34,114 bases of DNA from an uncultured Clostridia bacterium (GTDB taxonomy: Bacteria; Bacillota; Clostridia; TANB77; CAG-508): assembly GCA_963558405.1 (NCBI GenBank), contig CAUWGC010000018.1, forward strand, positions 1 through 34,114, given 5' to 3'. Both the position numbers and the translations under genes were made by a program. The notes under the pieces are model-generated. The model made no database searches and was not told the origin of the DNA. It worked only from the letters and a program-made list of their open reading frames with translations. Positions 10,343 to 21,347 of this stretch are shown here, one piece after another (within the stretch, counting starts at the first letter, position 1; every line of letters starts with the position of its first letter).

Positions 10343-11224
10343 TTACTTATTTAGTAAATTTTCCATATCATCTGGTAACGAACAAAAGTATTCTAAAGTT
10401 TGTTTGGTGACAGGATGAATTGCTTTTATATGATAGCTATGCAAGGCTTGTCTGTCAATTAAAGGAGATTCATTCCCATACAAAAAATCTCCAACTACAG
10501 GGTGTCCAATAGCTTTCATATGTACTCTAATTTGATGAGTTCTTCCTGTTTTTAACCTACATAATATTAAAGACATATTATTTTTTTCTTCTTGAACTTT
10601 GTATTCTGTAATAGCTGTTTCACCAGAACTAGAAACTATTCTTTCTATTATACTGTTTTCCTTTCTTGAAATAGGCATATTAATTGTACCAGATTTTTTT
10701 TCTAAAATTCCATTAACAATGGTTAAATATTCTTTTACAAAGTCACCGGATTGCATTTGTTGTACAAAATTATTCTGAATATATTCATTTTTAGCAAATA
10801 AAATTAACCCAGAAGTGTTTTTGTCTAATCTATTTATGGGTCTTATTTTTTTGTGTAATCCAATACTATCAAAATAATAGCGGACTCCATTTGAAAGACT
10901 GTCTGTGTAATGTAAAATAGATGGATGAGTACTAATTCCTGCTGGTTTATTAATAACTAGGAAACAGTTATCTTCATATATAATATCTAAATCCATTTTT
11001 GTAGGAACAATATTAGAATTTTCCTCATCATTATCAATTAATATAGAAATGGTATCACCAATATTAATTAAAACGTATGGATATGTTTGATTCCTATTTA
11101 AAAAAATTTTAGATGTTCTTTTTAATTTCAATAATAAACGATCCGATATTTTAAATTCACATTTTAATACTTCTTTAACTGTTTTATACAAATCGCTTTC
11201 TTTTATAGTATATTTTAATTCCAT
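10343..11224 (-). CDS. RluA/RluD-family pseudouridine synthase
   Basis: NKPAG, NRLDKNTSGL (catalytic Asp), TGRTHQIRVH, GD.LYG motifs. Confidence 0.93.
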   Translation of the reverse strand: MELKYTIKESDLYKTVKEVLKCEFKISDRLLLKLKRTSKIFLNRNQTYPYVLINIGDTISILIDNDEENSNIVPTKMDLDIIYEDNCFLVINKPAGISTHPSILHYTDSLSNGVRYYFDSIGLHKKIRPINRLDKNTSGLILFAKNEYIQNNFVQQMQSGDFVKEYLTIVNGILEKKSGTINMPISRKENSIIERIVSSSGETAITEYKVQEEKNNMSLILCRLKTGRTHQIRVHMKAIGHPVVGDFLYGNESPLIDRQALHSYHIKAIHPVTKQTLEYFCSLPDDMENLLNK

Positions 11225-11359
11225 TTTTTCTCCTTATCTAAATATATAATATAAGATATTTTAGAATTGTTGTCTAGTATAAAAATCAATTTTTAATATA
11301 AATATTGTAAAAAATAATAAGAACAATTATAATAAAAACATAAAAGGGGAGAAGAGAGC

Positions 11360-11992
11360 ATGAATATTTTAAAGCCAATTATAAAAATTGAGCAAGAAGA
11401 ATATAGCATACAAAAATTTATAAACTCAAACATAGAAGAAATTAGAGAAATAGAATTTAAAAAAATACAAGAAACAAATATAAAGGCTGAAAAGTTAGAT
11501 ATTTACTCATGTAAATTTACTAATTGCCAGTTTTTAAATGGAGATTTTTATAACAGCTCATTTAAGGATGTAATTTTTGAAAATTGTGATTTTTCAAATT
11601 GTAATATAAGTAATTCTACATTTATAAGAGTTAAATTTTCAAATTGTAAATTGGTAGGAAGCAATTTTTCAGAAAATACATGGAATCATGTGTATATAGA
11701 TGAAACATTTGGAAAATATAGTAATATAAATTTAGCACATATAAAAAATTCCATAATTAAGCAAAGCGATTTTTCAGGAAGTAGTATGCAAGAAATAAAA
11801 TTTAAAGAATTTTATTTAAAAGATACTAATTTAACAGGAACATCCTTATTTAGAACAAAATTACAAGGAATTGATTTATCAACTTGTATGATAGAAGGGA
11901 TTGTAGTAAAAATTGAAGATTTAAAAGGATGCATAGTTACTGCAATACAAGCTCTTTCATTAGCAAAATTGATGGGGATTATTATTAAATGA
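11360..11992 (+). CDS. Pentapeptide repeat protein
   Basis: Tandem five-residue repeats (CKFTN CQFLN GDFYN SSFKD VIFEN CDFSN…). Confidence 0.9.
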   Translation: MNILKPIIKIEQEEYSIQKFINSNIEEIREIEFKKIQETNIKAEKLDIYSCKFTNCQFLNGDFYNSSFKDVIFENCDFSNCNISNSTFIRVKFSNCKLVGSNFSENTWNHVYIDETFGKYSNINLAHIKNSIIKQSDFSGSSMQEIKFKEFYLKDTNLTGTSLFRTKLQGIDLSTCMIEGIVVKIEDLKGCIVTAIQALSLAKLMGIIIK

Positions 11993-11994
11993 AA

Positions 11995-12080
11995 TGGTGC
12001 AAGTAATGGGACTTGAACCCATACGCATAAAATGCACACGCCCCTCAAACGTGCCTGTCTGCCAATTCCAGCATACTTGC
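11995..12080 (-). tRNA. tRNA-Leu(GAG)
   Basis: GCAAGTA acceptor stem, anticodon arm CACGT-TTGAGGG-GCGTG, long variable arm, GGTTCAAGTCC T-arm, encoded CCA. Upstream promoter TTGTAA-17-TATAAT. Confidence 0.97.
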
Positions 12081-12257
12081 ATGTAAATCATTTGTATTAT
12101 AGCAAAAATCAATTTAAATTACAAGTGTGAATCCGTAGGTTGAATATAAGTTAAATTTATGATACAATTAAGTATACATAAGTTATATTATTATTTGTAA
12201 ATATTTTTACAATATAACTTGTCATTACATTAAATTTAAACATAAGGAGAGAGTAAT

Positions 12258-12488
12258 ATGACAAAAGAAAAGTTGAAATTAGCATTGGTGTTAGCAGTAG
12301 AAATAATATTATTGACATTATCGGTAGTATTTATGTTGGAATTACTAATCAGTGGTAATTTTCAAAAGTTTATTAATCAGATTTATTATAAGATTGTAAA
12401 TTTCTATATTGGAAAAGATGCTTTACGGAATTTCTTAATACTTCTGATAATATCATTACTATTCACTTTTGTCCACAAGAAGCCTTAA
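12258..12488 (+). CDS. Small membrane protein, 76 aa
   Basis: RBS AAGGAG, hydrophobic segments, terminator hairpin at the 3' end. In-frame CGG-A at 12426. Confidence 0.6.
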   Translation: MTKEKLKLALVLAVEIILLTLSVVFMLELLISGNFQKFINQIYYKIVNFYIGKDALRNFLILLIISLLFTFVHKKP

Positions 12489-12584
12489 TAAGGCTTTTTG
12501 TGTTTCTATAAGTAAATAAGTTAAGTTGATAATTTTGAAACAATACTGTATAATAAAAACACTAAATATTTAGGAGGAGTAAAA

Positions 12585-13241
12585 ATGAGAATACGATGTA
12601 AGAAATGGGCCAAGCCAGAATTGATGGAATGTCCTTTCTATATAAAAAATCCAATAGAACATATAGGAAAGTGGAAAGAATTATATAAAAAAGAACAGCC
12701 TTTTTATTTAGAATTAGGTTGCGGAAAAGGAAGCTTTATAGCTGAGATGGCAAGTAGACATCCAGATATTAATTATTTAGCTATAGATGTAGTTGACTCA
12801 ATGTTAGGATTAGCAAAACGAAATATAGAAAGAGTATATGAAGATAAAAAAATACCTATCGACAATGTATATATTACTAAACATGATATACAAAGAATTT
12901 TGCTAATAATGAACGAAAAAGATGTAGTAGATAGAATTTATATCAACTTTTGTAATCCATGGCCTAAAAATACACATAAAAAAAGAAGATTAACATATAC
13001 TAGACAGTTAGAGCATTACAAGGTGTTTTTAAAACAAGACGGAGAAATTTATTTTAAAACAGATGATGATGAATTGTTTGAAGATAGCATTAACTATTTA
13101 ATTGAACAAGGATTTGAAATAATATGGAAAACCTATGATTTACATAAAGAAAATATCACGGAAAATATTGAAACAGAACATGAAAAAATGTTTTCAGAAG
13201 AAGGAATATTAATAAAGGCATTAATTGCTAGAAAAAGATAA
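12585..13241 (+). CDS. trmB: tRNA (guanine-N7)-methyltransferase
   Basis: LELGCGKG, INFCNPWPK..H.KRRLT, FKTDD, TEHE motifs. Confidence 0.95.
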   Translation: MRIRCKKWAKPELMECPFYIKNPIEHIGKWKELYKKEQPFYLELGCGKGSFIAEMASRHPDINYLAIDVVDSMLGLAKRNIERVYEDKKIPIDNVYITKHDIQRILLIMNEKDVVDRIYINFCNPWPKNTHKKRRLTYTRQLEHYKVFLKQDGEIYFKTDDDELFEDSINYLIEQGFEIIWKTYDLHKENITENIETEHEKMFSEEGILIKALIARKR

Positions 13242-13262
13242 GACCTATAGAAATATAGGTCT

Positions 13263-13808
13263 TTATAAATAATTGTTAGTTGGAATATATGTACCGTCTG
13301 GAGGATATACAAATTCATCTTTAGGGGCATTTACTTTTGAAATCTTACTAATTTTAACAATAGGCATATCTCCATGATAATCTCCTTTTATAATTTCACC
13401 AGTAACTTCTACCCATGTATCATTTTCAAAATTCTTTGCTTTATCATATTCACAAAGAAATCCTACTACAACACTTTGAAAGTCTGAACTAACAATCATA
13501 TCTCTTGCTAAAATAAATTGAGTATCTTTTATGTCATAAACGCGATATATATAACCTGTAAAACAAATTTTTTGACCAACATATTGATCAATATTTTCGT
13601 GTACTGTTTTTAATACACTAGTATAATTACTACTTTTTATATTATTAACAGATGTATTTACTTCATTTTCAATTTTAGTACTTTCAATACTTTCAAACAT
13701 TACCCTATAAACTGCAGTGCAAAATAAAATTACAATAGAGATACAAACTAGAACAAATATAATTTTTAAAAATTTACTACTATTAATTTTTAAATTATAG
13801 ATAAACAT
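13263..13808 (-). CDS. Membrane-anchored protein with DUF1980/TIGR03943-like C-terminal domain
   Basis: N-terminal TM helix, YVGQKI.FTGYIYR, F.LAR, DTWVEVTG.I motifs. Confidence 0.65.
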   Translation of the reverse strand: MFIYNLKINSSKFLKIIFVLVCISIVILFCTAVYRVMFESIESTKIENEVNTSVNNIKSSNYTSVLKTVHENIDQYVGQKICFTGYIYRVYDIKDTQFILARDMIVSSDFQSVVVGFLCEYDKAKNFENDTWVEVTGEIIKGDYHGDMPIVKISKISKVNAPKDEFVYPPDGTYIPTNNYL

Positions 13809-13922
13809 ATTTTCTCCTTTCTCTTTATCAAATTATTAATATATATTCTATATAATTGATAATAATGCAAAAAAGTGTTATAATATAAATACTTTTAAAT
13901 TTTTACATAGGAGGGATATTAG

Positions 13923-14063
13923 ATGATGCGGATTAAACGAAAAGAAAAAAGCAATTTTGCAAAAGGCTTTATGATAGGTTTTTTTGCAGCTATAATTCCA
14001 GCAATCATCATATTTTGGGTGATTATACCAATACTTCCCAAAATATACCCAATTTTCTTTTAA
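13923..14063 (+). CDS. Small single-TM protein, 46 aa (not in the ORF track)
   Basis: RBS AGGAGG. MMRIKRKEKSNFAKGFMIGFFAAIIPAIIIFWVIIPILPKIYPIFF*. Terminator hairpin at 14070-14096. Codon 3 is CGG. Confidence 0.65.
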   Translation: MMRIKRKEKSNFAKGFMIGFFAAIIPAIIIFWVIIPILPKIYPIFF

Positions 14064-14180
14064 AAGATAATCAGAAAAGCAATTAGCTTTTCTGATTAAT
14101 TTTTTAAAACTATTGCACTTAAAATAAAAAAATGATATAGTTAGTAAGTATAAAATTAAGCTAGATTAGGAGTGTTAATT

Positions 14181-16929
14181 GTGGGATTTTTTAAAACATA
14201 TAGTGAAAAAGAAGTAAAAAGAATAAAACCTATTATTGAGAAAATAAATAGTTTAGAAGAAGGAATATCTAAACTTTCTGATTCTGAATTACAGGCTAAA
14301 ACAAATTATTTTAAAGAACAATTAAAAAATGGAAAAACATTAGATGATATTTTACCAGAAGCTTTTGCGGTTGTAAGGGAAGCTTCTAAAAGAGTACTTG
14401 GAATGAGACACTTTGATGTACAGCTTATTGGTGGTATTATTTTGCATCAAGGTAGAATAGCAGAAATGAAAACAGGTGAGGGTAAAACATTAGTAGCAAC
14501 TTTACCAGTTTACTTAAATGCTTTAACAGGAGAAGGGGTACATGTAATTACCGTAAATGATTACTTAGCAAAAAGAGATAGTGAATGGATGGGAAAACTT
14601 TACCGCTTTTTAGGATTAACAGTTGGATTAGCTATCAGTGGAATGGATCCTAATCAAAAAAGAACTGCGTATAATTGTGATATCACATATGGTACAAATA
14701 ATGAATTTGGATTTGACTATTTAAGAGATAACATGGTTATTTACAAAGAACAATTAGTACAAAGAAAATTAAAATATGCTATTGTAGACGAAATTGATAG
14801 TATTTTAATAGATGAAGCTCGTACACCTCTTATAATTTCTGGTAGAGCAAATGAATCATCTGATTTATATAAAAAAGCTGATGAGTTTGTTAGAAGATTA
14901 ACGCCAAAAGTAATAGTAGAAGAAGATGTTAAAAATGCAGAGCAAGCAGAAGATAATGAAAAATACGATTATATTGTAGATTTAAAAGCTAAATCAGCAT
15001 CTTTAACTCAAAAAGGAATAAAAAAGGCAGAAGAAAATTTTAGATTAGATAATTTCAACGATTTAGAAAATTCTACATTAGTACATCATGTAAATCAAGC
15101 ATTACGAGCACACGGTGTTATGAAAAAAGATATTGATTACATAGTAAAAGATGGTGAAGTTTTAATTGTAGATGAATTTACAGGAAGAATTATGTATGGA
15201 AGAAGATATAACAATGGATTACATCAAGCAATTGAAGCAAAAGAACATGTAAAAATAGCAGATGAATCTAAAACTTTGGCTACTATAACATTCCAAAACT
15301 ATTTTAGAATGTACGAAAAGTTATCAGGTATGACTGGTACAGCTATGACAGAAGAAAAAGAATTTGAAGAAATATATAATTTAGATGTTATTTCTATTCC
15401 TACTAATAAACCAATGATTCGTGAAGACTTAAATGATGCAATTTATAAAAATGAAGCTGCAAAGTTTAGAGCAGTAGTTAAATCAATTAAAGAGAGTCAC
15501 GAAAAAGGACAACCAGTATTAGTAGGTACAGTTTCTATAGAAAAATCTGAAAAATTAAGTGAAATTTTAAAAAGAGAAGGAATTAAACACGAAGTTTTAA
15601 ATGCAAAATATCATGAAAAAGAAGCAGAAATTATTGCACAAGCAGGTAAGTTTGGTGCTGTAACAATTTCTACAAATATGGCTGGTCGTGGTACCGATAT
15701 TATGCTTGGTGGAAATAGTGAATATTTAGCAAAACAAGAAATGAGAAAACGTAAGTTTACACCAGAATTAATAGAACAAGCAACAGCTTTTAATGAAACA
15801 GATGACGAAGAAATTTTAGAAGCAAGAAAAACTTTTAGAGATTTAGAAGCAAAATTTTCAGAAGAAATAAAAGAAGAAAAACAAAAAGTAATTGATGCTG
15901 GTGGACTAAAAATTATAGGTACAGAAAGACATGAATCAAGAAGAATTGATAATCAGCTTAGAGGACGTAGTGGTCGTCAAGGAGATCCTGGTACTTCTAG
16001 ATTTTATATTGCATTAGATGATGATTTAATGAAAATATTTGGCGGAGATATGATTACAACAATTTATGACAGATTAGGTGCAGACGAAGACATGGAACTT
16101 CAAAATAAAATGTTATCAAATGCAGTAGAATCAGCTCAAAAAAGAGTAGAAGGTAGAAACTTTAGTATTCGTAAAAATGTTTTACAGTATGACGATGTTA
16201 TGAATACTCAAAGAGAAATAATATATAAACAAAGACGTCAAGTATTAGATGGAGAAGACTTAAAAGATAGCATTATAAAAATGATGAATTCAGAAGTAGA
16301 AACAATAGTTGGTTTTTATGCTAGAGAAGAAAATATCAATAAAGAAGCTCTTCTACAAGATATTATGAATACTTTTAACGTAGACAATATTCAATCTTTA
16401 AATGAACAAAAATTTAATGCAAACGATGTTATAAAAGAAGTACAAGACAAGATTATGAATAAATATGCTCAAAAAGAAGAAAACTTCACATCAGAAAAAC
16501 TAAGAGAAGTAGAACGTGTTGTTATGTTAAAAGTAGTAGATGAAAAATGGATGGACCACATTGACAGTATGGATGAACTAAAAGATGGTATTGGTTTAAG
16601 AGCATATGGACAAAAAGATCCAGTTGTACAATATCGTATAGAAGGTTTTGATATGTTTGATCAAATGATTGAAGATATTAAACATGATGTTGTAAAAATT
16701 CTATTACACTTAGAAAAATCTGGTACAGTAAAAAGAACTGAAACAACTAAAATAACAGGAGCTGGATTAGAAGATAGTGCAATAAAATTAGTAGATGGAA
16801 ATACACCTTCTAAAGATGGCAATGTTAATAAAACCGTTGTTAATGATTCAAAAAAAATAGGTAGAAATGATCCTTGTATTTGCCGGAAGTGGCAAAAAAT
16901 ATAAGAATTGCTGTGGAAAAAACAATTAA
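14181..16929 (+). CDS. secA: Preprotein translocase ATPase SecA; the SEC-C zinc motif needs a +1 shift at CGG 16884-16886
   Basis: MKTGEGKT, DEIDSILIDEARTPLIISG, TNMAGRGTDI, QLRGRSGRQGDPG. Frame 0 ends GRNDPCIC-RKWQKI* at 16904. The +1 frame gives GSGKKYKNCCGKNN* at 16929. GTG14181 fits RBS AGGAG. Confidence 0.97.
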
Positions 16930-16938
16930 ATATTTTAA

Positions 16939-16970
16939 ATCCCCCTGCTCAACGCCAAAGCAGGGGGAAA
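16939..16970. terminator. Bidirectional terminator after secA
   Basis: TCCCCCTGC / GCAGGGGGA stem between convergent genes. Confidence 0.7.
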
Positions 16971-16975
16971 ATTAT

Positions 16976-17257
16976 TTATTTGTGCCAAAACATAAATTTT
17001 TGAGCTTCATCATCCATTTGCCAATATACAGGTTCCAAGTATATCTGACATGGAGATTTTGATTTTATTCTTTCCGCATTTTGCGGAAAAGTGAGGTTTA
17101 AATATTTTGAAATGTCAGCATAGGATATTTCAAAACAATCTAATGCCGGGTTGTAACTTACCTTTTTTCTTAAATGTTGTTTAGAACAAAACTCTCTTAT
17201 AACTTTACAAGAGAAATCGTTGTTGTATGGAATCATCCGTAAAATATATCTAAGCAT
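16976..17257 (-). CDS. Hypothetical protein, 93 aa
   Basis: RBS AGGAGG. Ends at the shared terminator. Codon 7 is CGG. Confidence 0.6.
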   Translation of the reverse strand: MLRYILRMIPYNNDFSCKVIREFCSKQHLRKKVSYNPALDCFEISYADISKYLNLTFPQNAERIKSKSPCQIYLEPVYWQMDDEAQKFMFWHK

Positions 17258-17611
17258 TTTTAAATCCTCCTATAATTTTTGGCGTTGTAATGATATTAAA
17301 TATCATTTTAATTATAACATATATAAGAGTTATTAGCAATATTATTTTATGTAAATTAAGTAATTTCAAATTTACAATGCAAATTATACTAAATAAAATT
17401 AAAGTTTTTCTTGTAATATTTTATATGTTTATGTATAATATATAAAATAATTTATATTTATAAATTATCTAAAGAATAGTTTAGATCTTACTATTGTAAG
17501 GCTACCGTAAGATATAAAAGGGAGGGGAAAATCTAGAAAAAAATTGAGACATTTTTAAAATATATAAATCCATTAAGAATGTCATATTAATATATCAAGG
17601 AGGTTTTAACC

Positions 17612-18868
17612 ATGAAAGACTTTTTTAAAAATTATAAACAAACTGTTATCTTATTAGTAGCTATTGTTATTGGAGCAATAGTAGGTATGATTTTTGGAGA
17701 AAAAGCAGGAGTATTAGCACCTTTTGGCGATTTATTCTTAAATTTAATGCTTGTTATTATTGTACCACTTATTTTTTTAACAATTTCAATTTCTATTTCT
17801 AAAATGAGTACACCAAAAAGATTAGGAAAAATAATGACTACTATAATTTTTGTTTTTCTTTTTACATCTATTATAGCTGTACTGATTGGATTTTTAAGTA
17901 CATACTTTGTTAAATTAGTAGATACTGAAGATGGTAATAAAATTTTAGATAGTTTAAGTACTGAAGAAACTGTAACAGAAGAACAAGAAGACATAACTAT
18001 ATTAGATAGAACTGTTAGTGCATTAACCGTAAATGATTTTCAAAAATTATTATCAAAAGAAAATTTAATTGCACTTATTGTATTTTCCATAATGTTTGGT
18101 GTTGCAATGAATATGGCAAAAGAAAAAGCAAAGCCAGTACAAGATTTTCTTATTTCAGCAAACGAAATTATAATGAAATTTATTAATATAATTATGTATT
18201 ATGCACCAATAGGATTAGGATGTTATTTTGCATCACTTGTTGGAACATTTGGAGCAAACATTGCATTTGGTTATGCAAAAACTTTTATATATTATATTTT
18301 AATAGCAGTTGCTTTTTATTTTATTATGTACACATTTTACGCATGGCTAGCAGGTGGAAAAAAGGCAGTCAAAGTATTTTGGCAAAATGCTTTACCATCA
18401 ACAATAACAGCACTTGCCACATGTTCTAGTGCTGCATCAATTCCAATTAATGTAGAAAGTTCTAAAAAAATGGGTGTTCCAAATGATATAGCAGAAACTG
18501 TAATTCCTCTTGGAACAAGTTTTCATAAAGATGGTTCTATTATAGGTTCTGTATTTAAGATTATGTTTTTAGTTTGCTTATTCGGAACTAATGTTGCATC
18601 ATTTGGTGGAATTATGCAGGTATTATTAGTAGCATTGATTGCTAATTTATTAATTACAGCTGTTCCTATTGGTGGAGGAACTATTTCAGAAATGATGATT
18701 CTTACAATGATGGGATATCCTGTTGCAGCGTTACCTATACTTACAATTATAGCAACAATTATAGATCCACCAGCAACAATGTTAAATGTAGTTGGAGATA
18801 TGACAACATCAATGTTAACTGCAAGAATTGTAGATGGAAAAGACTGGATGAAGGATTTAAAAGATTAG
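17612..18868 (+). CDS. Dicarboxylate/amino acid:cation symporter (DAACS family)
   Basis: GDLFLNL, APIG, TCSSAASIP, PLG…KDG, T.LNV.GD motifs. Confidence 0.92.
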   Translation: MKDFFKNYKQTVILLVAIVIGAIVGMIFGEKAGVLAPFGDLFLNLMLVIIVPLIFLTISISISKMSTPKRLGKIMTTIIFVFLFTSIIAVLIGFLSTYFVKLVDTEDGNKILDSLSTEETVTEEQEDITILDRTVSALTVNDFQKLLSKENLIALIVFSIMFGVAMNMAKEKAKPVQDFLISANEIIMKFINIIMYYAPIGLGCYFASLVGTFGANIAFGYAKTFIYYILIAVAFYFIMYTFYAWLAGGKKAVKVFWQNALPSTITALATCSSAASIPINVESSKKMGVPNDIAETVIPLGTSFHKDGSIIGSVFKIMFLVCLFGTNVASFGGIMQVLLVALIANLLITAVPIGGGTISEMMILTMMGYPVAALPILTIIATIIDPPATMLNVVGDMTTSMLTARIVDGKDWMKDLKD

Positions 18869-18890
18869 CATATTTAAAATTAGAAAGGTT

Positions 18891-20010
18891 GTGATTTTTA
18901 TTATTGATTTAGAACAAAACAAAATTAAGTTAGAAGAGTTAAAAGATAGAATTATAAAGATAGGTGAGTCTCTTTGACATTCCTAAGCAAAAAAAAGATT
19001 TAGAAGAATTAGAAAATAAAACTTTAGAAACTGACTTTTGGAATAATCCTTCTTATTCTAGTCAAATTTTGGCTAAAATAAAAAGAATGAAATCAAAAAT
19101 AGAATCATATACTTTAGTACAATCTGATTATCAAGTAATCCAAGAAATGAATTCACTATTATTAAAAGAAACTGATGAAGAAATGTCAAAAGAAGTAATT
19201 TCAAATACTGAAAATCTAGAAAAAAGAATAGAGACATTAGAAATTTCTACTCTTTTTTCTGGAAAATATGATAGTAATAATGCAATTATTTCTCTTCATC
19301 CAGGAGCAGGTGGAACTGAAGCACAAGACTGGGCAGAAATGTTATATCGTATGTACGCAAGATGGGCTAATTCAAATGAATACACAATAAAAGAAATTGA
19401 TTATTTAGAAGGAGAAGAAGCTGGATTAAAAAGTGTAACTTTTGTTATTGAAGGAGAGTTTGCTTATGGATATTTGAAAGGGGAGATGGGGGTACATAGA
19501 TTAGTACGTATATCTCCATTTGATGCAGGAGGAAGAAGACACACATCTTTTGCTTCAGTGGAAGTATTGCCTGAGATAACAGAAGATACAAATATAGAAA
19601 TTAATCCAGATGATTTAAGAATTGATACATATAGAGCTTCTGGTGCGGGAGGACAACATATTAATAAGACTTCTTCTGCAGTTCGTATTACACATATTCC
19701 AACAAATATTGTTGTAGCTTGTCAAACAGAGAGGTCACAAATACAAAATAGAGAAACAGCAATGCGCATGCTTAAATCTAAACTATTAGATTTAAAAGAA
19801 AAAGAACATAAGGAAAAAATTGAAGATTTAAAAGGTGATCAAAGAGAAATAGCTTGGGGAAGTCAGATACGTTCATATATTTTTTGTCCATATACATTAG
19901 TAAAAGATCATAGAACAGGGTACGAAGTTGGAAATATAGAATCTGTTATGAATGGTGAATTAAATGGATTTATGATAAGTTATTTACAGAATGAAGTAAA
20001 ACATAAATAA
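18891..20010 (+). CDS. prfB: Peptide chain release factor 2 with programmed +1 frameshift
   Basis: Upstream frame …IDLEQNKIKLEELKDRIIKIGESL ends at CTT TGA C (18972-18978) with internal SD AGGTG. Downstream SPF and GGQ motifs. Start codon uncertain (GTG18891 or ATT). Confidence 0.96.
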
Positions 20011-20076
20011 AAATGTAATATAACTAAATTTATAATTAAATTTAGTTTATATAATTTAAAAAGGTGGTTATATACC

Positions 20077-21249
20077 ATGAAATCAACAGTAGTATTAAAA
20101 TTTGGAGGAAGTTCTTGTGCAGACAATATAAAGTTAAATATTGTTGCAAACAAAATTATTGATTTTTATGAGAGAAATAATAATGTAGTTGTTATAATAT
20201 CAGCTCAAGGAAAAACAACAGATAAATTGATAAGCGAAGCAAAAGAGTTATCAGATATTCCAGACGAAAGAGAAATGGACGTATTGTTAAGTGCTGGAGA
20301 GCAAATGTCAATGTCCAAAATTAGTATTTTATTAAATAAATTAGGTTATAAAACCGTTTCATTAACAGGTTGGCAAGCCGGAATTCATACAACAGGTAAA
20401 TATCAAGATTCAAAAGTTGATTTTATAGATACTAACCGTATAAAAAAGGAATTAGAAAATAACAAAATTGTTATTATAGCCGGTTTTCAAGGAATAAATG
20501 ACAATTTAGATATTACAACACTTGGAAGAGGAGGCTCAGATACATCAGCAGTTGCTGTTGCTGCAGCTCTTTCGGCAGACAAATGTTACATATTTTCTGA
20601 TGTGGATGGTATTTACAGTGCTGACCCTCATAAAGTAACTAATACAAAAAAATTAGAAAATATATCATATGAAGAAATGTTAGATATATCAAGTGAAGGG
20701 GCTAAAGTACTGCATAACCGTTGTATTGAAGTTGGGAAAAAATTTCATATTCCTATAATAGCTAAATCTACTTTTAATAATGAAGAAGGAACAACGGTTC
20801 AGGAAAAAATAGAAGACACAAGTATTAAAAGTATTGTAAAAAATGATAATATTATACTTGTAAATATCCAAAATTCAAATGTTATATATAAAATTATTAA
20901 TCTTTGTGTTTTAAATGGAATTATTATACAAAATACAATAAGTAATATTAATAGTAGCAAGGATTTTTCTTTTACAATAAAAAAAGATAATTTGGAAAAA
21001 TTAAGAGATTTAATTAAAAATAATTATCCAGATATAAAATTTTCTTGTACAGAAGTTACTAGGATTGCAGTTATAGGTTTTGGAATTTTAAATGATAATA
21101 ATATTTTAAAAGAAACTATGAATTTACTTTCAGAAGATTTTAATGAAATTGTTTTTATGGAAGTAAATGAATCTAAAATTGCAGTATTAGTTAAGGGAAA
21201 ATTACCAGATACAATTTTAGAAAAACTGCATAAAAATTTAATACAATAA
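20077..21249 (+). CDS. lysC: Aspartate kinase
   Basis: KFGGSS, TTLGRGGSDTSA, DVDG.Y.ADP, GAKVLH motifs. Confidence 0.9.
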   Translation: MKSTVVLKFGGSSCADNIKLNIVANKIIDFYERNNNVVVIISAQGKTTDKLISEAKELSDIPDEREMDVLLSAGEQMSMSKISILLNKLGYKTVSLTGWQAGIHTTGKYQDSKVDFIDTNRIKKELENNKIVIIAGFQGINDNLDITTLGRGGSDTSAVAVAAALSADKCYIFSDVDGIYSADPHKVTNTKKLENISYEEMLDISSEGAKVLHNRCIEVGKKFHIPIIAKSTFNNEEGTTVQEKIEDTSIKSIVKNDNIILVNIQNSNVIYKIINLCVLNGIIIQNTISNINSSKDFSFTIKKDNLEKLRDLIKNNYPDIKFSCTEVTRIAVIGFGILNDNNILKETMNLLSEDFNEIVFMEVNESKIAVLVKGKLPDTILEKLHKNLIQ

Positions 21250-21347
21250 ATTTTATAAGAATCTAAGAAAACTTAGATTCTTTTTTAGTTCTAAAAAAGA
21301 CAAGACTTGAATATAATAATTTAAGAAATAAAGAGAGGAGAGATAAA

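Noticed and set aside
16874-17062. 62-aa ORF overlapping the secA end
   Set aside because: It is not the frame that completes SEC-C. It crosses a terminator and a convergent gene.
17440-17611. Lysine riboswitch or T-box upstream of the symporter
   Set aside because: No AGAGG/GCCGAA lysine core, no T-box AAGGTGGTACC-like motif and no clear terminator.
18964-20010. prfB starting at GTG18964
   Set aside because: That GTG is part of the internal SD. The real N-terminus is upstream in another frame.
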